A DNA stretch of 64,000 nucleotides from an uncultured delta proteobacterium (GTDB taxonomy: Bacteria > Myxococcota_A > Polyangia > Fen-1088), in NCBI GenBank assembly GCA_963737265.1, contig CAVTRY010000012.1, positions 128,001 to 192,000 of the forward strand, given 5' to 3'. Made by a program: the position numbers and the translations under genes. Shown in pieces: positions 45,041 through 54,909 of the stretch; the stretch's first letter is position 1, and every line of letters begins with the position of its first letter. The notes under the pieces are model-generated. The model made no database searches. It saw nothing but the letters and a program-made list of their open reading frames with translations, and was not told the origin of the DNA.

Positions 45041-46633
45041 TCAGCCGTCGCGTGTGCGGCGAACGAACATGACACCAGCGCCGCAGCCCACGCCGACGAG
45101 AACCATGAGCACGATCCACCCCGCCGTGCGGTGCTGGCGGGTTTCGTAAAGCCAGTGGTCGATTCGCACTCGGTCGTAAGCATTTTGGGGATCGATGTTG
45201 AGCCGGGTGTGGCGGCGCCATGGGGCATCGAGTGCTGCCCGCTTCCACTCGTGATGAAAGGGAACGTGCCGGACGAGCCACAGGTGGCCAAGAATCGGTT
45301 GGAATGGCGCCAGCCAGACCGTCGGATAGACATCTTCGAAGCAGCCTTCACAGAAGCCGCCCTTGTCGGGTGTAAGCGACGCGCTGCGGTTCGGTTGCCC
45401 GAGCCATTTGGTGCGCACCTCGAGGGCGAGGCGAAGGTAGGAATCCCAGTAAAACGCGTTGCCGAGGAGCTGGACGCAAAAGCCCGCCACCAGCACGCCA
45501 GCCGCGAACGTCCGGCCAGGCCAGCGCGCCGTTGAGAGAAATGAGATGCAGGGAAGAAGCAGCACCGGAACCGCGAATACCATGTAGCGCGGGCCCCAGG
45601 CCCAATCACCCGGCCAGAAGGGAAACCGGGCGTAGAACAGCATCATGGGCCCGATGGTGACCAGCATGGCGATGGCGGTCCTGCGCTGCGCGCGCCAGAA
45701 GCCGGGCAGTCCAAAGGCGGCCAGCACCAGCGGCGGCGTGTAGAGAAAGATGCTCTTGCCCGGCGAGAACAGGAACCCCCAGGTGCCGACGAGAACGTTC
45801 TCCATCATGACGTTCGTGACCGTCCCGTAGCCGGTGCTGGCGACGCCGCTGAAGCGCAAATGGTTGTAGAGCAGAATCGCGAGAAGCCCGGGCACGAGAC
45901 CGGCAACCACGAAACCGACGGCGGCCAACAGCGATCGCCAGGTCTTCCAGTGCGCCAGGACCACCACGGCCAGCGCCCCGGGCAGACAAAGTGCATAGAC
46001 ATACTTCGTATTGAGCAGAAGACCGGCCCACACGCCGACGGCCAGAGCCGTGCGCCGATCCAGCCGCTTCAAGAGTTGTGAGAGCTCGAGAAAGAAACCG
46101 GTAAAGCACGCAATCTGAACGATTTCGCCGAAAGGATAGCGGGCGTAGACCCAGACGATGCTTGCCAGTGCGAGGAGAATCGCCGCGAAGCGCGCCACGG
46201 GCGGCGAGGCGCCGTGTCCGAGACACAGGCGGAAGAACAGCCAGGCCACGAGCGCGCCAAGCATTCCGCCGGCGAAGTGGCAGGCAAAGACGTCCAGGAG
46301 ATGCGCGACCTCCGGCCCGAGCTTGAAATGCGACAGCAGCACTCGCACCGCCACGCCGGGAAGATGGACCAAGGACGGAAGCCACGGCTGGGCGGCGTAG
46401 AACTTGCCAGCGCGCCCCGGCGCCGCGCTGGAGGGCCAGCGCGTCTTCGCGGACACGCCATTACCGTGCACCATCGACTCGGCCACTTCGAAGACCGGCC
46501 GGGCGTCTCCCCATGGCATCTCCCGGCTCATCACCGCGAAGTAGAAACAAGCCACCGCCACAAACAGATACATCCCGGGGCCACGAAAAACGCGACCCGC
46601 GGTCCCGCGCCACACATCCGCGATGCGACTCAT
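45041..46633 (-). CDS. Polytopic membrane protein, probable GT-C glycosyltransferase
   Basis: Many TM segments, WGD after TM1, LFSPGKS and WGPRY. ATG 46633 overlaps the upstream stop. Confidence 0.7.
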   Translation of the reverse strand: MSRIADVWRGTAGRVFRGPGMYLFVAVACFYFAVMSREMPWGDARPVFEVAESMVHGNGVSAKTRWPSSAAPGRAGKFYAAQPWLPSLVHLPGVAVRVLLSHFKLGPEVAHLLDVFACHFAGGMLGALVAWLFFRLCLGHGASPPVARFAAILLALASIVWVYARYPFGEIVQIACFTGFFLELSQLLKRLDRRTALAVGVWAGLLLNTKYVYALCLPGALAVVVLAHWKTWRSLLAAVGFVVAGLVPGLLAILLYNHLRFSGVASTGYGTVTNVMMENVLVGTWGFLFSPGKSIFLYTPPLVLAAFGLPGFWRAQRRTAIAMLVTIGPMMLFYARFPFWPGDWAWGPRYMVFAVPVLLLPCISFLSTARWPGRTFAAGVLVAGFCVQLLGNAFYWDSYLRLALEVRTKWLGQPNRSASLTPDKGGFCEGCFEDVYPTVWLAPFQPILGHLWLVRHVPFHHEWKRAALDAPWRRHTRLNIDPQNAYDRVRIDHWLYETRQHRTAGWIVLMVLVGVGCGAGVMFVRRTRDG

Positions 46634-48165
46634 GTTCCAGGCACTCCGGCCGCAGACATGCGGCCGTAGCCACCACTTCCACGAAGGGGTGGAACGCAGA
46701 CCCCGTCGCGGCGGTAGAGGATGTAGGCGCCGGCTTGGGAGATCCTGCGAAAACGAGCATCGCTCATGGTTTGACCCGGGCTCATCAAAGCGTAGTTCGC
46801 GGCCGCTAGGTTGGGACCTGCAGCGGACCACAAGAGCGGTACGCGCCGATGCAGATAGGTATAGCCGCCTGTCCAGTAAGCATTCATGTTGGGTGCCACG
46901 AGCCCGCAAATATCCGCACGGGAGCCGGCCTCGCTCAGCAGCCGATTTCTCTCATCGAAGGCGCCCCAAACCAAGCCCGATGTTGGACCACCGCGCTCTC
47001 CAGGGGCCATCTCCTGCCCGATATCCGCGAAGCTCACCTGGCCGGCGCGCACAAAAAAAACCAAGGAGAGAGTCAAGGCAACCGTTCCGCCAGCAACGCT
47101 CCGGCTGGCACGCGAATAGGGTAACCTTGCAATAAGCCCGCCGAGACCGACAGCCGCGCCCAAAAGGAAGAACGGCAGCACCGGAAAAAGGAAGCGCAAC
47201 TCTTTGTGTGGGATGGTGGAGTGAACCGCCAGAAAAACCAGCGCCGGCACCGCTACCGGCCAGGCTCGCCGAAGCCCGGCGAGAAATCCCAGCGTGAGAA
47301 TCAGGATCGCCGGACCGTTGCTGTTCAGCATGGCGTGCAGAAAGAACGTCCTCGGCGCGACCCCCCACTGGTTGGCGCCGTTTTCGACCAAGTTAAAGCG
47401 CAGGTAGACGATGAGGGATTGAAATGGCTTTCCCCACGTCGCCCAGTCGAGCACGCCGCCCGCCAACATAACCAAGGTCGCGCCGACCGCGACCCAGCCA
47501 GCGGTTCGCCAACCCCGCAAAACCACGACGACGATGGCGACGACCGGCAGCAGGACCCCATTCTGGTAGCGCAAGACGGTGGCCAGCCCGAGCAGGACGC
47601 CGGCAAGAGCGGGACACCGGATCCTTCCACGCCACAACCTGCCCTCCGGTCGGTTTCGCCACGGCCAAAGCAGTGACACCCCAAAGGCGAGCGGCAGCGC
47701 GCTCGCCACCTCGGCCATGGCGCGGCTGCTGTAGATGAGACTGGCCGGCAGCCCAGCAGCGGACAAGCCGAGGAGCAAGGCCGCGGTCCTGCCGCCCAGG
47801 GCGTGGGCGATGCGAAGCATGGGGAAAAAGGTAGCTGCCGCCAGCGCGGCGAAGACGAGCTTCACGCCCGTGACCAGGCCGGCACCGCTGCCAACCCCGA
47901 CGGTAGCCAGCACTTTCATGAGACCCGCGATCAGGCCCGGCAGCAGCCAAGACCGCGCCCCGTCCTTGAATTCCCACGGGACCAGCCCATAGCCGAACGC
48001 CACGCGGTGGCCCTGTTCGAGGGTCTGGAAAATTTCGTCCGCCCAGATGACGCCGTGGTCGTGGACAGCGGGGTACGCGCGAGGCACGAAGATCGCGGCG
48101 CACAAACCCAACAGCAGCCAACTGCGTTTGCTGGCGGCGGTGGCCGCGGACTCCAGGCGATTCAC
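46630..48165 (-). CDS. Alg9/PIG-B-like (GT22) mannosyltransferase family protein
   Basis: ADEIFQTLE..H...GYGLVPWEF...RSW and PHKELRF. GTG start at 48165. Confidence 0.8.
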   Translation of the reverse strand: MNRLESAATAASKRSWLLLGLCAAIFVPRAYPAVHDHGVIWADEIFQTLEQGHRVAFGYGLVPWEFKDGARSWLLPGLIAGLMKVLATVGVGSGAGLVTGVKLVFAALAAATFFPMLRIAHALGGRTAALLLGLSAAGLPASLIYSSRAMAEVASALPLAFGVSLLWPWRNRPEGRLWRGRIRCPALAGVLLGLATVLRYQNGVLLPVVAIVVVVLRGWRTAGWVAVGATLVMLAGGVLDWATWGKPFQSLIVYLRFNLVENGANQWGVAPRTFFLHAMLNSNGPAILILTLGFLAGLRRAWPVAVPALVFLAVHSTIPHKELRFLFPVLPFFLLGAAVGLGGLIARLPYSRASRSVAGGTVALTLSLVFFVRAGQVSFADIGQEMAPGERGGPTSGLVWGAFDERNRLLSEAGSRADICGLVAPNMNAYWTGGYTYLHRRVPLLWSAAGPNLAAANYALMSPGQTMSDARFRRISQAGAYILYRRDGVCVPPLRGSGGYGRMSAAGVPGT

Positions 48166-48218
48166 CGGGCAAGAATGCCTGCTCGCCTCGCCGCGGTCTA
48201 GATCGCAGCCGGGATTCA

Positions 48219-49340
48219 CTACGCATCTACGACGGCCGACAACACCGCTCCCGGCGCGCCTACGCGCGCGAAGGATGCCGCCAGCGCCTGATTATCCTTC
48301 GTCCCGAGGACCTTCGGCAAAGCCTCGGCGGGCACGGGCATGGCAACGCTCAGTCCAGCCTTGAAACGCTCAACCCTTGCCGCGCTCTCCTCGACGCGCG
48401 CGCGAACATCCGCCCTGGTCTCGCCAGCCCGGACCAGCGCCTCGAACGCGCGCGTCTGCCGGTCGCGCGGCTCGCGAACGAGAAAATGGTCGACCCCGGC
48501 CAGCAGACTCTCGACAACCAGCTCCTCGACCGGATAGCGGTCGGCCACCGCGCGCATGCCCAGATCGTCGCTGACCAATATCCCGACAAAGCCCAGCTCG
48601 CCGCGCAGAATGTCGTGGGCGATCCGCCGCGACAGTGTCGCCGGCAGGTCGGCATCCCACGCCGGATAGAGGACGTGCGCGGTCATGATTGCCTCCATTC
48701 CTGCCCGAGCCGCGGCGGCGAACGGGGCCAGCTCGATAGAGCGCAGGCGTGTCTCGTCGTGCGCCACCAGGGGAAGCTCAACGTGGGAATCGGTGTGGGT
48801 GTCGCCGTGCCCGGGAAAGTGCTTCCCGCAACCGAGCAACCCCGCATCGTGCAGACCGCGCCAGAAAGCAAGGGCGTGGTCGATGACGTTTTCGACGCGC
48901 GTGCCAAAAGCGCGGTTGCCAATGACTGGATTCTTGGGATTGGTCCGCACATCGAGCACCGGCGCCAAATCCCAGCCGATGCCCAGCGCGGCGAGCTCCG
49001 CGCCGAGCGCACGCCCCACCGCGCGCGTGCGCTGAACGTCGCCGGCCGCGGCCACCGAATACATGTCGGGCCACTCGGTCAGCGGGCTGCGCAAACGCTG
49101 CACAAGTCCACCTTCCTGATCGACGGACACCATCAACTCCGCCGAGAGCGGGCTTGCCTTGCGCAGCGACGCCACCAGCCCCGCCACTTGGGCCGGATTT
49201 TCGATATTGGGGCGAAAAAGCATCACGCCGCCGATTTCCGATCGAGCGACGCGATCGAGGAGCTCACCGGGTGCCGAGAGGCCGTCGAAGCCGACCGAAA
49301 AGAGCTGCCCGCAGAGGCGCCTAAATTTAGATGAAGTCAC
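48219..49340 (-). CDS. nagZ: Beta-N-acetylhexosaminidase (GH3)
   Basis: VDQEGG.VQRL, KHFPGHGDTHTDSH and VSDDLGM. GTG start at 49340. Confidence 0.93.
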   Translation of the reverse strand: MTSSKFRRLCGQLFSVGFDGLSAPGELLDRVARSEIGGVMLFRPNIENPAQVAGLVASLRKASPLSAELMVSVDQEGGLVQRLRSPLTEWPDMYSVAAAGDVQRTRAVGRALGAELAALGIGWDLAPVLDVRTNPKNPVIGNRAFGTRVENVIDHALAFWRGLHDAGLLGCGKHFPGHGDTHTDSHVELPLVAHDETRLRSIELAPFAAAARAGMEAIMTAHVLYPAWDADLPATLSRRIAHDILRGELGFVGILVSDDLGMRAVADRYPVEELVVESLLAGVDHFLVREPRDRQTRAFEALVRAGETRADVRARVEESAARVERFKAGLSVAMPVPAEALPKVLGTKDNQALAASFARVGAPGAVLSAVVDA

Positions 49341-49487
49341 AGCCCTATGGTACCCGATGAAATGGGGTCTGGGACGTGACTTCCGTGAAAACTCGACCGT
49401 CCGCGCTCCTAGGGGTTCCCGCAGCGTCGGGCTCTTGCTATAAGGTCCCCTGGTTTGCGCACCCCACGAACGATCGAGGTCAAACAA

Positions 49488-51473
49488 ATGTCCGAAAAGG
49501 CAGGCACATGGCTCTCTTGGCTGGCGACTGGCCTGCCTTTCACGCTCGTCGCACTTGCCCTGGCGGGTGCGACTCCCGCATGGGCGCAGATGGGCGGCAT
49601 GAACCCAGGTATGGGCGGGCCCGGCGGCATGGGACATGCCCCCGGCGGGCCAGGAAAAGGGGGCGCGGAAGAGAAAGAAGAAGGGCCAGCCGAGCAGGCC
49701 CCTGACGCCGAGGAGAAAGCCCCGGAAAACAAAGAAAGCGAAAGCGGCTACCTCAACCAGGCGCGACGCCGAACCAAGATCGTCGAGTTCGACGGCTACT
49801 ACCGCGTACGCACCGACTACCTTTACGACATGAACCTGGGCCAGGGATACAGCAATGGATCTCCACCGGCCCTGCCGCCCTTCCCCCAGCCCAGCGAGTG
49901 CATGTCAGCGGTTATTGGCCAAGCACCGGCAACCTCGTGCAGCGACAAGGGCCTCGGCAGCGCCAACATGCGCCTTCGCATCGAGCCGACAATCAACATT
50001 TCCGATCAAGTCCGGGTGCGCAGCCAGTTCGACATCTTCGACAACCTGATCTTGGGTTCGACACCGGACTCGTTGATCAATCCGAACGTGGCCAACCCGA
50101 CCCTCAACTCTGCGAACCCGGTGGGACAAACGAGCGCAGCGGCACCCACGGATATCCTCTCGACTACGCAAAACAGCTATGCCTCCAGCATCCTCGCCAA
50201 ACAAGCATGGGGCGAAATTGACACCGAGCTCGGGTCGATCCGCTTTGGCCGCATGCCCTGGCACTTCGGCCGCGGCATGTACTTCAACCGCGGCGACTGC
50301 GCCGACTGCGATGGCGGCACGGTCGTGGATCGCTTGATGGTGCTCACCACGCTCTACGGCCACCAGCTTTCGCTGGCCTGGGACTTCGGCGCCCAAGGCT
50401 ACGACATCGGCTACACCAACCTAGGCCTGACAAACACGGGCGGCTTCCCTTTGGATCTCACCCAGAAAGACGACGTCACACAGCTCATGGCATCGCTTGC
50501 CCGCATCGACGACGCCAAGACCTGGCGTGAGCGAATCGCAACTGGCGATGTGGTCGTCAACTACGGCGCACAACTGGTCTATCGAAGCCAGGACTATGCG
50601 ACGTTCAACGTGAATTTGCCCGAGGGCTCGGCCCGCGGGTCAAACACCCAGGCACCGCTCACGAGCAACGATCTCGGAAATCCGAGTACCACCGCGGGCC
50701 AGGGGACGCTCACGACCAACGTCAACGCCCTGCTCTTCATCCCCAGCGTTTGGTTCAAACTTGGGTGGAAGGCGCTAACGCTGGAGTTCGAAGGAGACGC
50801 GCTGCTGGGAAAGATGGGCAATGCCGGACCGCTGCGCCTGGATACGACTCAGACCGATCAAGGTCTCAGGATCTTGCAGGCCGGTTGGGTTCTAGCCGCC
50901 GATCTCAAACTATACAACGACTCGCTTTTCATCGGGCTCGAAACCGGTGGGGCCACCGGGGATCAGGCCGAGCTTGCATACAGCCCGACCTACGGCCTTT
51001 ACTACCCTTACCTCAACTACCGCTGGAAATTCGTGCCCCAGCCAGCTGGCGACCGCAGTCTCAACGACTTCCATTTCTCGCCCGAGTATCACGTGGACGA
51101 GATCCTCTTCCGCCGTATCCTCGGCACCGTGACCAACGCCATCTACGTCAAGCCGAGCATCGCGTACTGGCTGGATTTGGATTCGAGCAAGATTCGCGAG
51201 GTCGGGATTTCGGGCGGGCTCATCTACAGCTTCGCGCCGGTCCCGGTGTCCACGCCGGGAAACTCCATGAACTACGGCATCGAAATGGATCTCGGACTTC
51301 AGTACCGCAACCGGCGCGAGAATTTCTACGCCGGCTTGACCTGGGGTGTGTTCTGGCCCATGGCAGCGCTCAGCCGTCCGGCGGGCGACGCTGGGGATCA
51401 GCTGTGGGGAGCGCAGGCCGTGGACGCCAGCGCCGCGCAGGTCCTGCGCACCTTCATGGGCATCCGTTTCTAG
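49488..51473 (+). CDS. Myxobacterial outer-membrane beta-barrel protein (TIGR04551-like)
   Basis: SANMRLRIEP, QFDIFDNLILGSTP, FGRMPWHFG and FHFSPEYHVDEILFR, with terminal Phe. ATG 49488 follows GAGGT. Confidence 0.75.
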   Translation: MSEKAGTWLSWLATGLPFTLVALALAGATPAWAQMGGMNPGMGGPGGMGHAPGGPGKGGAEEKEEGPAEQAPDAEEKAPENKESESGYLNQARRRTKIVEFDGYYRVRTDYLYDMNLGQGYSNGSPPALPPFPQPSECMSAVIGQAPATSCSDKGLGSANMRLRIEPTINISDQVRVRSQFDIFDNLILGSTPDSLINPNVANPTLNSANPVGQTSAAAPTDILSTTQNSYASSILAKQAWGEIDTELGSIRFGRMPWHFGRGMYFNRGDCADCDGGTVVDRLMVLTTLYGHQLSLAWDFGAQGYDIGYTNLGLTNTGGFPLDLTQKDDVTQLMASLARIDDAKTWRERIATGDVVVNYGAQLVYRSQDYATFNVNLPEGSARGSNTQAPLTSNDLGNPSTTAGQGTLTTNVNALLFIPSVWFKLGWKALTLEFEGDALLGKMGNAGPLRLDTTQTDQGLRILQAGWVLAADLKLYNDSLFIGLETGGATGDQAELAYSPTYGLYYPYLNYRWKFVPQPAGDRSLNDFHFSPEYHVDEILFRRILGTVTNAIYVKPSIAYWLDLDSSKIREVGISGGLIYSFAPVPVSTPGNSMNYGIEMDLGLQYRNRRENFYAGLTWGVFWPMAALSRPAGDAGDQLWGAQAVDASAAQVLRTFMGIRF

Positions 51474-52337
51474 CTACTTCTTGTTCTTGCCCACCGCCGG
51501 CTCGAGCGACTTGATGCGCTCCTGCGCGTCCCGCTCCGAGGAAGGATCGGTCTTGTCGTTGGTGGCCAGGTACTTCTTGAAAGCGTCGAGCGCCTCTTCA
51601 TAGCGGCGATCCTGCGAGTAGAGCAGCCCGAGATCGTAGTAGGCGCCCGACTGCAAGGGGTCGAGCTGGATCGCCGCTTGATATTCACCGATGGCGTCGT
51701 CGACGTGCTTCTGCTGGCGATAGACCACGGCCAAGTTGAAGTGGGTCTGGCCGTTTCTGGGATCGAGGTCGATGGCTTTCTTGAATGCCTTGACCGCACC
51801 CTCCTTGTCGGACGTCTTCGCAAGCGCGACGCCCAGGTTCGACCAGCCGAGTGCTTCCGTGGGTCTAAGCTCGGTCGCCTTGCGTAGGTTGGTGATGGCC
51901 TTCGGGTAGTCGCCCTTCTGGCGGTACGCGGTGCCCAACGTGACCCGCGCATCGTAGTCGTCGTCCTTGAGCGACACGGCGGTTTCCAATTCCTTGATGC
52001 CTTCATCGACGCGCTTCATGCGGATGTAGAGCGCGCCTAGATTGGCGTGGGAATCGCTGTCCTTGGGCTGCAGCGATGTGGCCTTTCGATAGGCCTCGGC
52101 CGCGTCGGTGTAGTCGCCCTGGCCGCGGTAGAGATTGCCAAGGCTGAACCAAGCCGCGGCATAATTCGGACGAGCCCCGATTGCTTGCTTCATCTCGGCG
52201 ATGGCTTCCTCGGTCCGGCCCTGGCGCTTGAGCACCAGTCCTTGATTGTAGTGAACCGCGGCTTCGTCGGCCGTGGCCGGCGTCGGCAAAGTCAGGACTG
52301 CCGCAAGCAAGCTCAATTTGAACCATGCGCTCTTCAT
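51474..52337 (-). CDS. Secreted TPR repeat protein
   Basis: About seven regular 34-aa TPR units after a signal peptide. Confidence 0.9.
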   Translation of the reverse strand: MKSAWFKLSLLAAVLTLPTPATADEAAVHYNQGLVLKRQGRTEEAIAEMKQAIGARPNYAAAWFSLGNLYRGQGDYTDAAEAYRKATSLQPKDSDSHANLGALYIRMKRVDEGIKELETAVSLKDDDYDARVTLGTAYRQKGDYPKAITNLRKATELRPTEALGWSNLGVALAKTSDKEGAVKAFKKAIDLDPRNGQTHFNLAVVYRQQKHVDDAIGEYQAAIQLDPLQSGAYYDLGLLYSQDRRYEEALDAFKKYLATNDKTDPSSERDAQERIKSLEPAVGKNKK

Positions 52338-52412
52338 GGTTGACGAGCTTCAACCTAGCGCGGGCCGCAGTCAACCCGCGCGTTTTTCTCTGTCTTCGAT
52401 TGGACGCGACCG

Positions 52413-54743
52413 CTACCACTCGACGTGAATGCCGGCGGAGGGCAACACCAGCCGATAGTAACTTTCGTCGATGGCTCCCGACGAGTTGCGCTTGATGTCG
52501 AAGACCTCGCGGCTGAGAGTCGAATTGACGAGCTCCAGGTACACATCGAGCACGTAGCTGTCGAAGATGAAGCGTTTGTCGCCACGCAGGTCGAGCTGCG
52601 GAAATCCGGGCAGATTGACGTAGCCTTCGACCTGGTTCTCATTCGCCACTTCGCTGAACAAGGGATACGGACGGCCGCTGTTGTAGTGAAAGCGCACCGA
52701 GGTCGAGTAGTTGCGCGGCCAGCGATAGCCGACCACGAGATTGAGAATATGTCGCTCGTCCCAGTCCGACGGAACGACGATGCCGTCCACCACGCGCAGC
52801 GAGCGCGAGAGGGTGTAGGCCAGCCAGCCGTAAAGCCGGTGCTTCATCGGACGGCGAATCATGACCTCAAGGCCATAGCTTTCGCCGTCGCGTGGCGCGA
52901 GCAGGTCCGATGCTTCCGGGTCTGGAATCAGCGTGTTGGTCAGGTCGGTCAGGTGCAGGCGCTGGAAGAAGATCGACGTGTCGAGATTGACGTCCAGGCC
53001 CAGGCGATCTTCGAGCGCGGACTCGATACCGAGCGATCCCTGGCGCGAGCGCTGCAATCCATAGGTGGCAAGCCCAAAGCCCTCGAAGCCGGGCACGCCG
53101 ACGGGCAGGCTCGGCATCTGCGAGAATTGTCCAACCGTGGCCTTGATCCAATCGCGCGGCCCCACGCGGTAGCGCACGAGCAAGCGCGGGCTTGGCGCAA
53201 AACGATGGGTGCCTTGTTCGTAGTAGGCGTCGTAGCGCAGGCCGGGCGTCACGACAAGTCTGTCGCCGCCGCGCAGGCTTATCCCGGCATAGGCACCCAC
53301 CGATAGAACGTCGCGATTGTGAAACAGATCGGTCTCGTAGGTGTCCGCGAGGTAGCCGCCCGTCAGCGAGACCAAGGATGTGGGACGAAAGCGCTGAATT
53401 TCGGCGTCGCTGCCGATCTCGACGTCCAGCCAGCGCAGGGCCGACCAGTGCTCGGAAATCCGCGGCGCGACCGAGTACGCACGGCTGCCCACCGGCAGGG
53501 AAAAGAGCGAGGTGAGGCTGACCGTGGAATCGTCGACGCCCGCCACGGCCGCCGCGGTCAGGCGGCCGCCCGCCACCGCGCCAACCCAGCGCAATTGCAC
53601 CCGGTGGAAAGTAAGCTGGGCGAGCCCGGGTGCGATGGCATTGGGCTGGCCCACGAATCCGTAGTCGGTGGCGTCGGGATTTTTTTGGCGAAGGTCGTCG
53701 CCCGATCCGAAGGCGAACAAGGTCAGCTTACCGGGGCCGAGGGTGTGCTCGACCCGCACCTGGTAGTCCCAGTAGTCGACCGCATAAGCGTTGGAGAAAG
53801 CTGACAACAGAAGTCCGGTATAGGAATATCGGCCAGCGACGGCCACGGTGCCTTTGCCGTTGTCCCACGGCGCGGCCACAATGCCCCCCGCATCGAACAG
53901 ACGAACGTCGGCCGAAACGTGGACCCGATCGGTGGCCGGCGACGCAGTCTGCGCGGCCACGATGCCCGACACGTATCGTCCGTACTCGACCGGATAGCCG
54001 CCCGGAAAGAATTCCAGGCCCTCGATGAAAAAGGGATGAATGACGGAAGGCCCGAGGGCGAAGTGAAAGAGCGCCGGCGCGCGCACGCCGTCGATGAAGA
54101 AGCCGGTATTTCCGGGGTTGGCGCCGCGGATCGCATAGAACGGCAAGGGCCACGTCGTCTGTGCAACACCGGGCAGCGACTCGATCACACGAAAGGGATC
54201 GCCGAAGGAGCCGGCGGTATGAATCAGCTCCTCCTTCTTGAGTGGAACGGCGGGGTCTTCCTGCCGATCGGCGGTCACGACGGTTTCGTAGCGCTCGCCA
54301 TCCGGGCGCGGCTCGAGTCGGATCACCAAATCTTGCGTCGCGAGCGAAACGACCAGCGGCAGCGTGACCGGCGCATACCCAGGGCACTGCACGCGCAATA
54401 GGTGAGTGCCGGGAAGTACCTCGAGGACAAAGGTTCCGCCCGGTCCGGTTTCGGTGCTTGTCGCGGTATCGGCGCCGACCCCGCTGTGGACCATGGCTCC
54501 GACGAGCGGCTGGCGGGTTCCGCGCGCGAGCACCTTGCCGGTGATTCTCACCAGGCCTTGCGTAGCGACCGGTCGTTCGCCAGCACCATCGGACGAAGCA
54601 AACCCGTCTTGGCCAGCGTCGGCAACGGTGGCCCCATCGCTTGCGCCGCCATCCAGTGGCGGACTGGCCGGCGCCTGCTCCGGCCCAACCGTACCGTCGA
54701 CGGCCATGGCCGACAGGAGCACAACGAGAAGAACGGAAGTCAC
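52413..54743 (-). CDS. TonB-dependent receptor with carboxypeptidase-regulatory-like N-domain
   Basis: Plug GDPFRVIESLPGV...IRGANPG, PGLRYD, GWLAYTLSRS and terminal Trp. GTG 54743 is the likely start because the longer ORF start lies inside element C. Confidence 0.88.
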   Translation of the reverse strand: MTSVLLVVLLSAMAVDGTVGPEQAPASPPLDGGASDGATVADAGQDGFASSDGAGERPVATQGLVRITGKVLARGTRQPLVGAMVHSGVGADTATSTETGPGGTFVLEVLPGTHLLRVQCPGYAPVTLPLVVSLATQDLVIRLEPRPDGERYETVVTADRQEDPAVPLKKEELIHTAGSFGDPFRVIESLPGVAQTTWPLPFYAIRGANPGNTGFFIDGVRAPALFHFALGPSVIHPFFIEGLEFFPGGYPVEYGRYVSGIVAAQTASPATDRVHVSADVRLFDAGGIVAAPWDNGKGTVAVAGRYSYTGLLLSAFSNAYAVDYWDYQVRVEHTLGPGKLTLFAFGSGDDLRQKNPDATDYGFVGQPNAIAPGLAQLTFHRVQLRWVGAVAGGRLTAAAVAGVDDSTVSLTSLFSLPVGSRAYSVAPRISEHWSALRWLDVEIGSDAEIQRFRPTSLVSLTGGYLADTYETDLFHNRDVLSVGAYAGISLRGGDRLVVTPGLRYDAYYEQGTHRFAPSPRLLVRYRVGPRDWIKATVGQFSQMPSLPVGVPGFEGFGLATYGLQRSRQGSLGIESALEDRLGLDVNLDTSIFFQRLHLTDLTNTLIPDPEASDLLAPRDGESYGLEVMIRRPMKHRLYGWLAYTLSRSLRVVDGIVVPSDWDERHILNLVVGYRWPRNYSTSVRFHYNSGRPYPLFSEVANENQVEGYVNLPGFPQLDLRGDKRFIFDSYVLDVYLELVNSTLSREVFDIKRNSSGAIDESYYRLVLPSAGIHVEW

Positions 54744-54744
54744 G

Positions 54745-54909
54745 CTAGTTCCGCCCGTCAGAAGAGCAACCATGTTTCGGCCGCCGAGGCGCCCGGCCAG
54801 CGAGGCGCGACGAGGGCGCATACTGGACGTATGTAACCGAGGAGCAACAAAGCTGGACGGGATGCATCGGCGACCTAAACATGGTTGAAATTCTGACGGG
54901 CGGAACTAG
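54745..54909. mobile_element. Hairpin/MITE-like element, copy C of the shared-core family
   Basis: Perfect 19-bp IR CTAGTTCCGCCCGTCAGAA (54745-54763) / 54891-54909, second stem CAACCATGTTT/AAACATGGTTG, core at 54801-54852. Confidence 0.85.
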
